From NCBI GenBank assembly GCA_009602735.1, contig WELA01003361.1, positions 1 to 60,742 of the forward strand: a stretch of DNA of 60,742 nucleotides. The letters are read 5' to 3'. Position 1 is the first letter of the stretch. Each line of letters begins with the position of its first letter. The notes beneath the pieces were generated by a model. The model saw only the letters and a list, made by a program, of their open reading frames with translations. It ran no database searches and was not told where the DNA came from. The translations under genes were made by a program, and so were the position numbers. This stretch comes from Mesotaenium endlicherianum. Its lineage: Eukaryota. Shown here piece after piece: positions 28,401 to 41,100 of the stretch.

Positions 28401-30253
28401 GGTGCTTGCTTGTCCAGGGTGTGTCAAGAGGTTCCCTGAAGCTCCTTCTTGGGAGCATTCCTGAGTGGTGTCTAGACTCCTCGCAGGCTGCAAACAAGGA
28501 TGAATTTACTCAAAGGCTGGCGTTCTCATTGTCACTGCTCGTTCATTTTGGAAGACATTCCTGTCTCCCTCTTGGTGACTGCTGCGGTATGCTGTCGCGC
28601 ACGTTGGGAGCCAGCTGTTGCCCCCTCTTGGTTCCACAAGTGTGCGGAGCCTCGATCCAGGGTGGGTTTTCCTGATGCCCTTTTGGTGCCTTGGGTTGCA
28701 CACATGCATTTGCAGTACTCATGCAGCTTTTTCAGGCTGGCTTCGAGCCAGCAGCCAGCTGAGGTGCCGAGGATGCATAAACGCATTGAAGTCTACAGTT
28801 GTTGACTTTGCTTATGCACAAGGTGGTGCTGGACACCCGAGTGGGGGTGCCAAGGTTGCCACAGAGTGACATGACTGTACCGCCTGTTTGTTTCTTCTAT
28901 TTTGCAGCAGCGGCGCCTCCTTTGGCGGGGGGCATCGTATCGCCGCCGCCACCGCTGCCTGTGCCACAACTGAGTGAACCGTCTCCTCCTCCAACCAGAA
29001 CATCTCCAGCAGTCCCCCCGGCTGTGCAGTCTGCACCTCTGGCACCCCCTCAGGCTCCGGCTGCCATCTCCAGTTTCCCACCACTGTCACCTTTGGTCCC
29101 CAGCTCCCCACCACCATTCCCTGATCCTCCTTCACCGTCTCCCAGCCCCTCCTCTCCCCCCCCATTGCCCTCAACTTCTTTCTTCTCGTCCCCCTCTCTC
29201 CCCTCCTTGCAATCACCTCCTCCCCCATCTCCTTCGCCATTGATCAATCCCCCCACCCCCCTNGGAGAAGAATAAGAAGAAGAGCAAACAGAAGATGCAT
29301 CAAATTGGTGGCGCCCATCGCCGCTCACGTAATGGGGAGGCAACTACCCTCTCACGCACCAACCCACCTGGAAGTCCATGGAGCCGCTGCCCAGCGTGTT
29401 GAAGGACGCCTTGAGCTCGCGCGCGACAGGTGGCAGGTCCACGTCCGCCGGCAGGAAGCCGAGCGTGACAAAGTCGTGCGCCAGGCCCTCCGCGTCGCGG
29501 TTCACGTAGTGCACCAGCTGCAGGGGCAGCAGCACCACGGTTGCGACCCGTGTCATCGCGCCACGCAGATGTCAACAGGTGCCAACAACTCAGGGGTTCC
29601 ACTCTTCCGTCATCCTCACCCTCCTTCTCCCCCTCCTCGCCCTCGCCTTGCCCTTAGCCTCTCCTTTTCCCTCCACCCGCTCCTGCCCCGGCTATTATGG
29701 ATGGCAAGCTGTGCAGGCAGTCAGCCAACGGGCCGACTAGCGAGTCAGCCAGGGAGCGTGTGAGCGACACAATCGTGCACATGGGTGCCCGCTGCGCCTG
29801 TGGAGGCCTCACTTGCCACATAGCTCCAGCCCAGGACCCCTCCTCCGCCCCTCCTTCCCTTCTGCACCTCCTCCAATTCCTTCCTCATCTCCCCCGCCCC
29901 CTCCAGTGGCTGCACCGCCTCCTCCCTTGCCGCCTCCTCCCCAAGACCCACTTTCGTTGCCGCCCCCATCCCTTCCTTCCCTTCCCTCAACCTCAGCCCC
30001 TCCGTCGTCGGCTTCTCCCCCGCCAGCTCGGGGTTGCCCAGCAATGGCGGACTGTGCTGATGCTGCATCAGATTGCTGGATACTTGGCGAGTGCAACTCC
30101 TACGCACTTTCTAACTGTGGCTGTTGCTATCCTTCATGCTCCGAGCTGCCACCAACGCACTGCACGGGGTGTGCTACGCCTCTGGGTTGTCTTCCAGAAA
30201 CATCAACAGAAGTAGCAACATTTGTGTCTAATTATGATTTGGGCTTTTGTTGA
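22478..30253 (+). CDS. Putative secreted cell-wall protein: signal peptide, beta-helix (pectin-lyase-like fold) segment, long Ser/Pro-rich (HRGP/extensin-like) repeats and small Cys-rich modules; contains frame disruptions (possible pseudogene or assembly errors)
   Basis: ATG at 22478 encodes a signal peptide, MASSFCRVVIALAVILSVTQ. Phase-compatible exons: ~25051-25316 (TLKKAIAAAAANDVIVV..IKIKKSLRFQ..VSFRGLTFDG), 25991-26101, 26522-26615, 26807-26886, 27174-~28355, 28908-~29262, ~29660-30253 (SPPPP runs; CPAMADCADAASDCWILGECNSYALSNCGCCYPSC). The exon structure between 22.55 and 25.05 kb is uncertain, and the fold call rests on pattern only. Confidence 0.55.
27560..28345 (+). repeat. Coding-type tandem repeat GGGAGTCAGCCTCC.. 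encoding (A)PGSQPP(S/L/V)ASPPPA[TQVSPPPA]
   Basis: More than ten copies of the gggagtcagcct core, with 39-bp and 66-bp unit variants. Confidence 0.9.
29368..29517 (-). pseudogene. Isolated ABC1/UbiB-family atypical kinase exon (50 codons)
   Basis: cag|LVHYVNRDAEGLAHDFVTLGFLPADVDLPPVARELKASFNTLGSGSMDFQ|gtgggt, with intact phase-0 splice sites. It matches the HxVNRD..LA.DF..LGFL segment of plant ABC1K proteins. No other ABC1K exons are seen in the window. Confidence 0.7.
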
Positions 30254-32185
30254 TTGAGGTGCCTCCAGTGCACTCTGACGCCGGGGGCAGACTTATCGGT
30301 CCTCGTGCACCAGCTCACCGCAGCAGAAGCTGCTTCTCCCTTTAGTGCCGGAGTTCTGTCCATCAGTCGTAGAGAGCTTGTGAGCGTTAGGAGGCCCATG
30401 CGGGCCCTGCTGGAACACAAATGGCATGACGTGAGGGGTCGATAGAGCATAGGGTGGGCCGTCAACAGTTGGAGGGGGAAGCGCACGGCTGCATAGACAC
30501 ACTGGCGGTGGAGGCTGTTGTCGAGTGGAGCAGCTGGCACCTGTGTGAGCTCTGGGGGTGGATGGGAGAACGTGCTTGGGAGTTGTAAGAACCTTTCTTT
30601 CTCTCCCTCTTCTGGAGAGCGTGAGGAGAGTTGATTGGAGGGATGCTTCCCCCATTCAAGCACTGACCTGACCTCAGCCATGACTTTCACCCAGGGGCAA
30701 GAAGCCTGGGACAGCATGGGAGGGATTTGGAGCAGAGAAGCTGTAGGATGAGCAGCTGGAAGTGCCACAGGGTCCTGTACTGGAGAGGACGCGCCCTGGC
30801 GTGCAGATCCGCGCGACAGTGAGTGGCAACCCCCCCTTGTGTCACTGTTTCCGCATGTCTCTCTGTGCGTGCATGGACGCTTTGGCAGTGTATCAAAGGG
30901 GTCCCGAAGAAACTCACTTTGCAACAAGCTAGAGAGGTGCATGCACGGCACACACACGGAAAGGTTCATGACTTTTCTCCTACAGGAAGTCTTCCGGCCC
31001 CCCCTAGGCCTCTTCGAAAGTGATGTCTAGAACCGACCCGCTGCCTGCTCATCACTAGAATATGTGCTTTGGTGGCGGCAGTCAATAGACAGGTGGCGTC
31101 TCTCGAGGAGGCACCGACAAGTGGACCGCATAAGGCAGGAGCAGCTGAGTTCTACAAGTTGGCCTGTGTAGAGGTTGAATATCCTTCTGTTGAACCTATG
31201 TAATCATCTTTTGTCTAGCTTTAGATTCATCTACTTTGACACGTATGTGTTTGCCCGTTCAAATTATATGCACATTCAGCTCTTTAGGTTCTTCCATGTC
31301 TTACAAGGACTTCTTCTTTCCCCCCTACATGGTTCCTATGTCCCACTCCTAAGAGGGTAGGAAGAGCGAAGGTCTACCATCTAGATGTTTGTGAGGGCTC
31401 ATCTTTTTAACGTTATATTCAGTGCACACCTATGGCTGCTAGTATCAACCTTACCGGCCTGTTGTGTGGTGTGGTGGTTGTCAGTCGTTTTGAGTGCGAT
31501 GAGCGGAACAGCTACACAGTCTGTTTGGTGTTTGCATCGTGGGAGAGAGTGCAGCTCACATTGTTCAACCCATTTCAGTATTCTCCTGCAATGGTAGTGC
31601 ACCACAGCTGCTATGCACCCAGCAACCACTGGTATAAGCGCCGTTTATTTTCCTTTAGCCATACTAGTTTAAGCATAAAACATTGCTGAAAAGGGCTGCA
31701 ATTGTTGAGTTTTATTTTTTGGCATATTGTAATGCTAACCTCGAACTTCAGCCATGATGGTACTATCGCTTCAGCTTAGCTCCTCACTTGCTCATTCTCA
31801 AGGTCAACATTCAGGCTGGCTAATGTCATGCATATGTGCATCAATGTCAAGCATAGCCCACTCAAGAGGCTGAGACAAATGATTTGCTTTGTGAATCGTT
31901 ACAACATAATTGATTTGGTGTGATGATTTGTTGTCAGCCTCAGCTTCTCAGCTTCGAGTATGAACGTCGCTGAACCAAGAACTAGGTTCACACGAACCTG
32001 AAGTATATTACAAAACGTATGCCGGAATGTGATGCTTGTTCAGTCAACAGATTAAGACAATTTCCAGCACTGTGTTTGTGCTAACGTACTTGCCATCATG
32101 CTTTATTTTAGGCGAGGGCGTGGGCTTCAAACAACTGGACGCAAACGTACAGCGTAGATGCATAAAAAGAAGCTCCTCCTCCTCG

Positions 32186-34033
32186 TCACTGGAGGCTGCC
32201 CCAGTCCCCAACTTTGGAGACGTCGACTTCAGAGGGCTGGAAGGGCGAGATCTTGTTGGCGTAGCCCTCCATCATGCGCTCCACGTACTTGCCCACAATA
32301 TCGACCTCTGCCACAAGCACACGATTCAGAAGGCACAGCCACAGCCACAGCCACAGCCACAGCCACAGCAACAGCTTACATGTCAGCACCAGAGTGCCCC
32401 CCAGAGCGCACCAGACGCTTGACACGCTTGCCGACAGTATTAGCCTCTGCCACAAGTGAGCGCTTGAAAAGGCACAGCCACGGCAAGAGCTGCCGTGTCA
32501 GCACCAGAGCCCTCCATCATGTGCTCGACATGCTTGCCGACAGAATTGACCTCTGCCACAAGCGAGCCATTGAAAAGCCACAGCCACAGCCACAGCCAGA
32601 GGCACAGTCAAAGCGGCAGCTCTAGTCGTCCGCCCCCGATAAATTCCCTCCATAGATGTGGCAGCTGCTGGAACCACAGGCACATGGGGACAAGTGTTGA
32701 AGGGTAGAACCCAGCTGCAGCTCTCTTTTGTCAGCTCCACCCCAATTGCCAATGTGTCGATGGCAGCGAACGGAACCAGTCACATGCGGAGTTGCAACAT
32801 ATATAAAAGCCTGCTTTGCCGCAGCTCATGTGCCAGTTCCACACCAATCATTCAACGCGTGTCGTGCACGCCATGTGGCAAGCTGCTGGACCCACTCAGA
32901 CACAGGGCTGGGGAGTGAATAAGAGCCCCGCGTCGCTCTTGGGAAAGAACCGGATCGATTCCCGACGACGACATGGCAGCTGGACGGATAGCCACTCGCA
33001 CTCCCACGTGAATGGTCCCAGTTCGAGTGGGAAAACGACGAGCCTCTCGGTGGGAGAGGCTGGCCACCACAAGCCATAGGAAACTCTACAAGAGGTAGAA
33101 CTGACGACGACAAAATGCAGCCAAACAGCTGACGGGACGCGCCAAACGTGGTGGAGGCGGGGGGGCATGTTCGTGCTGACGACCAAATAACAATCAATCT
33201 CTCCTGCTGAATCATGTCTAGAGCGGTGCGAGCACGTGGTTCTGCCGATCGCAAGACCGGGTGCACTAGACGATTGCCATCCATGCCCCAGTCCACACGG
33301 AGGGAAGTAACCAACCAGCAGCTGCCACATGGCAGCATCGCCTTCCAATAGCCTCCACGAGGGCAGCTTTGGCCAGCTGCTCAAGTCCCAGCGACGGGTG
33401 GGACATTGCTGGGCCCGAGGGTCGCAGGGGCCCCAACTGGCGGAATGTTTCACTCTGTCAAACCGCTCATAACCGGTAGCTCATAATCTCTAAACATTCA
33501 ATCTGAAAACTGTAACCCTCCACGAAAGTACCCCCTGCCGGGGAGAAAACTATTCTGAGCCATAGACGGGGGGGTCGCAGCGCAAAAGCCTCACACGGAC
33601 AAAAGCCCATGCAGTGTGCTCCCCCCGCGGGCCGCCGAGATGCTTCCTTGCGCCGGCGCAAGCGCTTGCGCTCGCGCAGTGCAAGGCTGTCACTCGCTAG
33701 CTTGCAAGCTCACGGCAGCCAGGCTGGCATCCGCATCCGCAACACAGGAGCTCCGAGGGAAGAGCTCTGACGGAGGGGGATTCCGGGAGGCTTGGAAAAA
33801 TCTTGGACAGCCGAACAAATGCGTTGGCTGCGGGACATCAGTCTGATTCTGGGGGTGTGTGCACCGTGCAAGTCCGAGGATGTGAGGGGCAGAGGGGCAG
33901 CAGAGAGCGGAGTGGGGCAGCCTCACCCAGGTTGACTCGGTCGCCGACCTTCTTGGAGGGGACCACGATCTTGGACTGCGTGTACGCCACCAGCATGAAG
34001 GTGAACGTGCTTGTCTGCACTCGGGTACACACA

Positions 34034-34071
<38 letters not shown>

Positions 34072-34092
34072 TATATGAATATACAAACATAT

Positions 34093-34126
<34 letters not shown>

Positions 34127-34277
34127 NNNNNNNNNNNNNNNNNNNNNNNNNNNNNNNNNNNNNNNNNNNNNNNNNNNNNNNNNNNNNNNNNNNNNNNNNN
34201 NNNNNNNNNNNNNNNNNNNNNNNNNNNNNNNNNNNNNNNNNNNNNNNNNNNNNNNNNNNNNNNNNNNNNNNNNNNNN

Positions 34278-34343
<66 letters not shown>

Positions 34344-35636
34344 GACTTTTCAGCTCACTGGCAGGCTCCTTTCACGCATGCACGCACGCACGCCGGCACT
34401 GGCACACAACATACACATCAGCATTTACACAAACACTGGCGCATAGGATCGGCTACTGAGTATACGGCGCATGGGATTGAAGTGCATGCACACGCTGCAT
34501 GCTTGCAAAGGGCAAGTGAGCAGCATCACTCGTGCCGCTCCTGCTGCTACTGCTCCTCCTGCTGCTGCTGCTGCTACAGGTGCTGCTGCTCCTGCCACTA
34601 CTGCTGCTGCTGCGGCTGCCTTTGAGTCTTCGCCAACTTGGTACCATGACTACAACAAGGCAGTCCAGCTGGCAGCCCTACGAGTAAGCCGGCAGACAAA
34701 GACGAGGGTGACAGACTGATGTACACGCACGCCATCGAGCCGTCAGCAAAATGCACACAATCTTAGACCCGAAACTCCAACTGCTCCTATGGGAGGCTCC
34801 TCTAGCCGTCCAAAAGCCTGGTGCAGGCCACCAACAGATCAGCAGAATTTCCATTACGAGAATTTTCCTTGTCCTTCTTGACTTCTGAAGGTGGCACACT
34901 AAAATGCAGAGCTCGAAAGTAACAAGTGCAAAACAAAGCAAAGAGTAAGGCAGCGACTCCTGAGGGGGCACTGGGCGCCAGCAAGAAACCGAGGGCTTCC
35001 AAAGGAGAACTCCCTCCTTTTACGAGCTCCAACCTCTCGGATTTCAGGGATAGATGTGCGACCTGGGCTTTGCTTTTGCTCAATGTCAGAAGCTTGAGGG
35101 GGACAGAGAAAAAGAAGGGGCCGACCTGATCAAAAACGTCCACCACCGTCAGGCTTGTGCCGTCCACTGCGATGTAGCCCTGCACGCACTCAGGCACTCA
35201 CGCATGCACACGCACACGCACGCATGCACGCACGCACGCAGGCACACGCCCGCGCCCGCGCACCCTCGTCAGCGCCCCTCATGCAGCCGTGAGCAGCAGC
35301 AGCTGCTGCTGCAGCAGATTTTGCATCCCCTGCTGGGAACGCGTGCACACACTGGCCAGCACGCCATCACGCGTATTGCGACCTTGGAGGATGCTGCAGC
35401 AGTCAGCAAAATGATTATTCAGGTTGATGGGATAATACTAGAAGTCAACTGAAGTTTATAGTTACTAGTCGGTAGAGGCTGGATGTGTGAAGGAGCATGC
35501 ATCGACCCAAGGGAGGTGCCAAGAGCAAGGTGCTGACAAGAAACAGACTGTTTAAAACTGCCCAGGCGGCGAGGGAGGGAGAAAATGCAGGGACGGGGGG
35601 AGGCAGGAGAAAAAAGAAGACAGACTGCTCACGGGA

Positions 35637-35715
<79 letters not shown>

Positions 35716-36212
35716 NAGGGGAGCAAGCACCTTAGGCACAATGTATTTGAGGATCTCAGGCGACGCCTTCACAGTGACCCACAGTGAGTCGCCCTCGGGC
35801 CGGTACTCGGCGATGGTGCCGGTGCCGTCCACGTGGCCCTGCGAGACAAGAGGCAGTTTCCGCAGTCCCAGTCCCTCAGGGAAGGGCACCGCGCACGCCA
35901 GCACGCCAGCTGGGCCAAGTGAGGCTCAGGCCTAGAGCTCCCTGCCTCTGCCCTAGGACCAGCGGCCTAGAAGAGAGCCGAGGGCCGGAGAGGGGACGCC
36001 AGGGGACGCCGTCTGAGCTCAAGTTTAAAACCTTAAGCTCTCTCCTCTGGAGGGCCCGAGGATGATGAGCCGAGGAGAGAAGAGGGGACGGCAGCTGGGC
36101 TGAGTAGGGTTCAGGGCTTGAGCTATGTACTGACTTCGGGGCCCAGGAGCGGCGGCAGCAGTAGCTTGGCTTGCTCGCTCTCGCTTGCTGGAGTTTGCAA
36201 ATAAGCAGAGGT

Positions 36213-36258
<46 letters not shown>

Positions 36259-38024
36259 CGTCCAGCAAATGTTAGCTCGATCTCTCCCCCCCTCTCTCTC
36301 AATATGTTTGTGTATGTATCTGTGTGTGTGTGTGTGTGTGCGTGCACGCGCTCCTGTGTGTGCGCTTACGTAATTTGTGGGGTCCTCCTCCAGACACGGC
36401 TGCTCCTGTCCAGCGTGTGGGTCCCCAAGCCTCCCTCACGCCCCAGTTTATGATTTTGCTCCCTAGCATCCGCTATTCGCTAAGCTGCCGTCCCCAGCAA
36501 GAAGCGACACAGAGCAAGCTCGCACTAGAGCACAGAGCATCCGCAACAACGCCATCGCAACCATTCCTGACCTGTAATCCCTTCTTCCAACAAATTAACC
36601 GCTACAGAAAAGCAGGGTGCTGACAGTGAAGGAGCCATACCATACACGTGCATTCAGACGCATCTGCAGGACACTTTGGCAGGAGCACCCTGCACCCTAC
36701 ACCATTGAGGGGGGGAAGAGGGGAGGGGAGAGGCGGGGCGGGGGCCCCNNNNNNNNNNNNNNNNNNNNNNNNNNNNNNNNNNNNNNNNNNNNNNNNNNNN
36801 NNNNNNNNNNNNNNNNNNNNNNNNNNNNNNNNNNNNNNNNNNNNNNNNNNNNNNNNNNNNNNNNNNNNNNNNNNNNNNNNNNNNNNNNNNNNNNNNNNNN
36901 NNNNNNNNNNNNNNNNNNNNNNNNNNNNNNNNNNNNNNNNNNNNNNNNNNNNNNNNNNNNNNNNNNNNNNNNNNNNNNNNNNNNNNNNNNNNNNNNNNNN
37001 NNNNNNNNNNNNNNNNNNNNNNNNNNNNNNNNNNNNNNNNNNNNNNNNNNNNNNNNNNNNNNNNNNNNNNNNNNNNNNNNNNNNNNNNNNNNNNNNNNNN
37101 NNNNNNNNNNNNNNNNNNNNNNNNNNNNNNNNNNNNNNNNNNNNNNNNNNNNNNNNNNNNNNNNNNNNNNNNNNNNNNNNNNNNNNNNNNNNNNNNNNNN
37201 NNNNNNNNNNNNNNNNNNNNNNNNNNNNNNNNNNNNNNNNNNNNNNNNNNNNNNNNNNNNNNNNNNNNNNNNNNNNNNNNNNNNNNNNNNNNNNNNNNNN
37301 NNNNNNNNNNNNNNNNNNNNNNNNNNNNNNNNNNNNNNNNNNNNNNNNNNNNNNNNNNNNNNNNNNNNNNNNNNNNNNNNNNNNNNNNNNNNNNNNNNNN
37401 NNNNNNNNNNNNNNNNNNNNNNNNNNNNNNNNNNNNNNNNNNNNNNNNNNNNNNNNNNNNNNNNNNNNNNNNNNNNNNNNNNNNNNNNNNNNNNNNNNNN
37501 NNNNNNNNNNNNNNNNNNNNNNNNNNNNNNNNNNNNNNNNNNNNNNNNNNNNNNNNNNNCCTGGCCCCCACTTGACGCGTTTTTTTGCGGCTGCGTGAAT
37601 GGCTGGCAGCTGAGTTTCTGACGCGGGACCGACGGAACTTCGTACACATATTCACCTCCTCTCAATGCGCTTCTCGCTGTCGCATCTGAGGGCTGCACGA
37701 GGGCCTGAGGAGGAAGCGGGTCCCAGTCAATGTAGCTTGGCTTGGCTTGGCTTGACTTTTCAAAACCCTTAAAAGTCGACCCAGGACCTTCAACCCCAAA
37801 ACCCCAACCCCAACCCGAGCCCTGGGCCTCCAACCCCAAACCCCGAATTCCAAACATAAAACTCAAAAGACCAGATTCTGGGAGCCTGCACCAATGATGC
37901 CATATCCGGAGCAGAAGCAGACGTGCCTGGCCTGAAGAGAGGCCAGGCCTCTGCATGAGCTTCTGCGCACGTGCACTGCGCCACACCCACCGCCGTGTTT
38001 CTGCACCGTTGTCTGTTTCCTGTG

Positions 38025-38102
<78 letters not shown>

Positions 38103-41100
38103 TGAGGCGCCGGGGCGCGCGTATCTCAGTTGCAAGCAGAACTTGCTTTCGGCACGCATAGACTGTGACAACAAGAGATAACTAGCAGAGTCCGATGTGC
38201 CGAGCTAGTGCTCTTATGTCTCAAGCAAGTACGCCTGTCTGCATCTTACATGATATGCCTGCAAGCCAGGTAAGAGCCTCCTTGTGACAGTGAAAGACTG
38301 CAAGAAACTGCAAGCAAATTTTTATGAGAGCAACGTGTCCTGAAAAACAGACTGACGGTACCTTACAAGCCTCCATCTTTGTCCTACACTGCATGTTAGC
38401 GCGCGCGCGCGCGCGCGTGTGTGCGTGTGTGTGTGTGTGTGTGTGTGCGCACGAGGGTTTGCGTGTGTGCACATATATGTGGGTGTCAAGACGTTTATCG
38501 TCAGGGCATGGGGCCGAGAGGTGCTTACCAACAGCAAAGTAGGAGGGATCGAAGCGGGTCACAGTGAGACACGTGCCATTCACTGCAATGCTGTCGCCCA
38601 GCTGCAAGGCCGCAAATGAGGGGCACGTGGAAAACGGGGGAAGGAAACAGAGAGAGAAAGATTTCCTTCAAAATGAAGAAGAAAAAATGGGGCAGAGAAA
38701 GAATAGTTAGTTACCTGCCCCCACCCCCCAGGGGAGCATAAGCAGCTCCATATTCTAGTCCTACACCAGGGGAGCATTAGCAGCGCCTTTTCCTGGTCCT
38801 ACAGCAGCAACACGTCATCAGTGACTTCAAGAAGCAACTCCACAGAGAGCGTCCCGGATGCAAAAAACTCCTTCCTTAGCTTCCCTCTACACCATCATCG
38901 CCGCTAAGTACAACTACCTCTTGCTGGCAGCAACGTGGTCCCACAAACCTCCATCCTCCAGAGTGCGTCCCTGGCGGTCTATGTATTGCACCAGAGCTTC
39001 AAAATGTCGAGGGGTTAAGAGTTGGGGAGTTGGGGTTTAGCGTTTGCGGTTGAGGGTATCACTCGAGCATCGCCAAGGTGCGTTGCCCGAGCTTCACGCT
39101 GTCGAGCTTTGTTCTTTTGTTTTCCCCGGGGTGCTTAACCCGAGGGGTGTGTTTTAGTCGAATCTCGGACACGGTCACACGCCCTACTTAAGCACACCCT
39201 TACGCTCTCAAAAGCCTGATGTGGCATTGCATTGGCCAGCCCAGCCCTCGCTGGGCCGCAACCCTCAAGGACTTGCATGAGCTCACATGCACACACATAC
39301 GCACACATGCACTTGCATGCACTTGCACGAGCTCACCTGCACACAAATGCGCAGTCGCACGCACTCACATGCACTTGCATGCACTTACTCGCATGCACTT
39401 GCATGCTCACACATGCACGTACATGCACACTAGCACGCACTCTCGTGCACTCACATGCACTTGCAGGCACTTGCCTGCTCACACATGCACACACATGCCC
39501 ACTCGCACGCATTCGCACTTGCATGCACTCGCATGCTCACGCATGCAGTCTCATGCACTTGCATGCTCAGCAGGAGGGGCACGGCAGGCTCCGCCTCGTC
39601 ACCTTCACATCCTGCAGGACCTCGGAAGCTTCCACCGTGAGCTCCCACCCGCCGTCGATCTCCTTCAGATCCCTCACTCGCCCCATCTCCTCCACAATTC
39701 CTGCCACCCGGAACCCGCCCGGCCGCCCGGAACAGCTCAACAGCGTTGTTTACCGGAGGTGCATGGGGGGTGCAGGCGGCCAGGTGGACCAGATTGAAGA
39801 AGGTCTATAAGCAGACCAGATTGAGGAAGGTTACGGTGCGGACCAGATAGAGGAATGTCGGACCAGATCAAAAGGAATGAGCAGACTGGATAGAGGAATT
39901 TCGAACCAGACTTCAAAAGGTCAGTGGTAACGAGCAGACCAGAAAGAGAAGGCTCGGTGCGCAGACAACAGCCAGACAAAGGAAGGTCATGGAGCAGATC
40001 AGATAGAGGAAGGTCAGTGTGTAGAGCAGATAGTGGAGGGTCAATGTGCAGATTAGATGGAGGAAAGTTAACAAGAGCTCACACACAACGGTGGAACCAC
40101 CCCTCCTTTGGACTGACAGGTGATTGCTGATTGTTCACCATCTTGGAATATGAGCAACGGTTGAGGTACAAAAGCACCTGTGCACTTAACAATACCTTAA
40201 GCAAGTAGCGTACCATAATGAGGAGTTTCAAAGCATCAGCTTATTCACTCAGGAAGACATTTTGTTGAAGCAGCTTGCAAAGTCTTCCGCACGCACTACA
40301 TTGAGCCCCTTGCTGACGATGGAGATTCTGAACAAGGATGACTTCTTAAGTGTCACTTCCAGGGGCACTTCTTACTTTGTTTTGTCACGATTGATGTAAA
40401 CGCCAGGTTAGAGGAGCATGTCAGTTGTACAGGTTATGGCGTAACAGAAGAGATGCTTAGTGTGTATATAAATATCACAAACGCAACAGGTGTACTTTCT
40501 CACAAGAAAATTCAGAGTGTTGTCATATCGCATCGTTGCAATTACCTAGGAGGTGTATTGGGATTGGATCATCACCTATTAATTTTATAGCAAATCAATT
40601 AACTTTCTGATCTGTTTCAGACATTGCAAAATAGCGCATAGACAGCAATATTGACAAGCGCCTCCCCGATGCACTTGTCCCTCAGGCCAAGAGTTATTCT
40701 TGACAACTTAAGCTAAGTTACTATCGTGGACTTCCAGCAGAAGGGGCTGCGGTAAGCACTAGAAACAATGAAATTGATATGTGAAGCAGCTCTCACCTGT
40801 AAAAATTGCCCGGGTTCCAGCTTGTTCAACCTTCCTGCTAACATCTCTAGACGTTCTTTGTCGAAGCCATTGTAAGCTGCTTGGCTGGAACGACGACCTA
40901 GAACTCAGCTCTTTGTTCAGATATTGTCTGTAACTCACACAACGTAAAATATGATGTTAAGTATTGAAGCCCAACCTCCTTTGCACAACCTCCTCTGCAA
41001 TAGACTATCAATGAGTGATTTTGAATAAGCAATAAGCAAATGCACAACGCGATAGAAACAAATCTCAACTATCACGAACCGGTTAAATTAATTGTAAGGA

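Noticed and set aside
31385..31689. Cys-containing short ORFs downstream of the Pro-rich gene
   Set aside because: No consistent frame or recognisable domain.
32826..33453. Overlapping 170-185 aa ORFs in the last riboflavin synthase intron, a possible inserted element
   Set aside because: No transposase or RT motifs, TIRs or TSD that I could identify.
39783..40070. Repeat-spacer-like pattern resembling a CRISPR array (also 52800-53410)
   Set aside because: Units are degenerate along their whole length, lack unique spacers, sit in eukaryotic introns and have no cas genes nearby.
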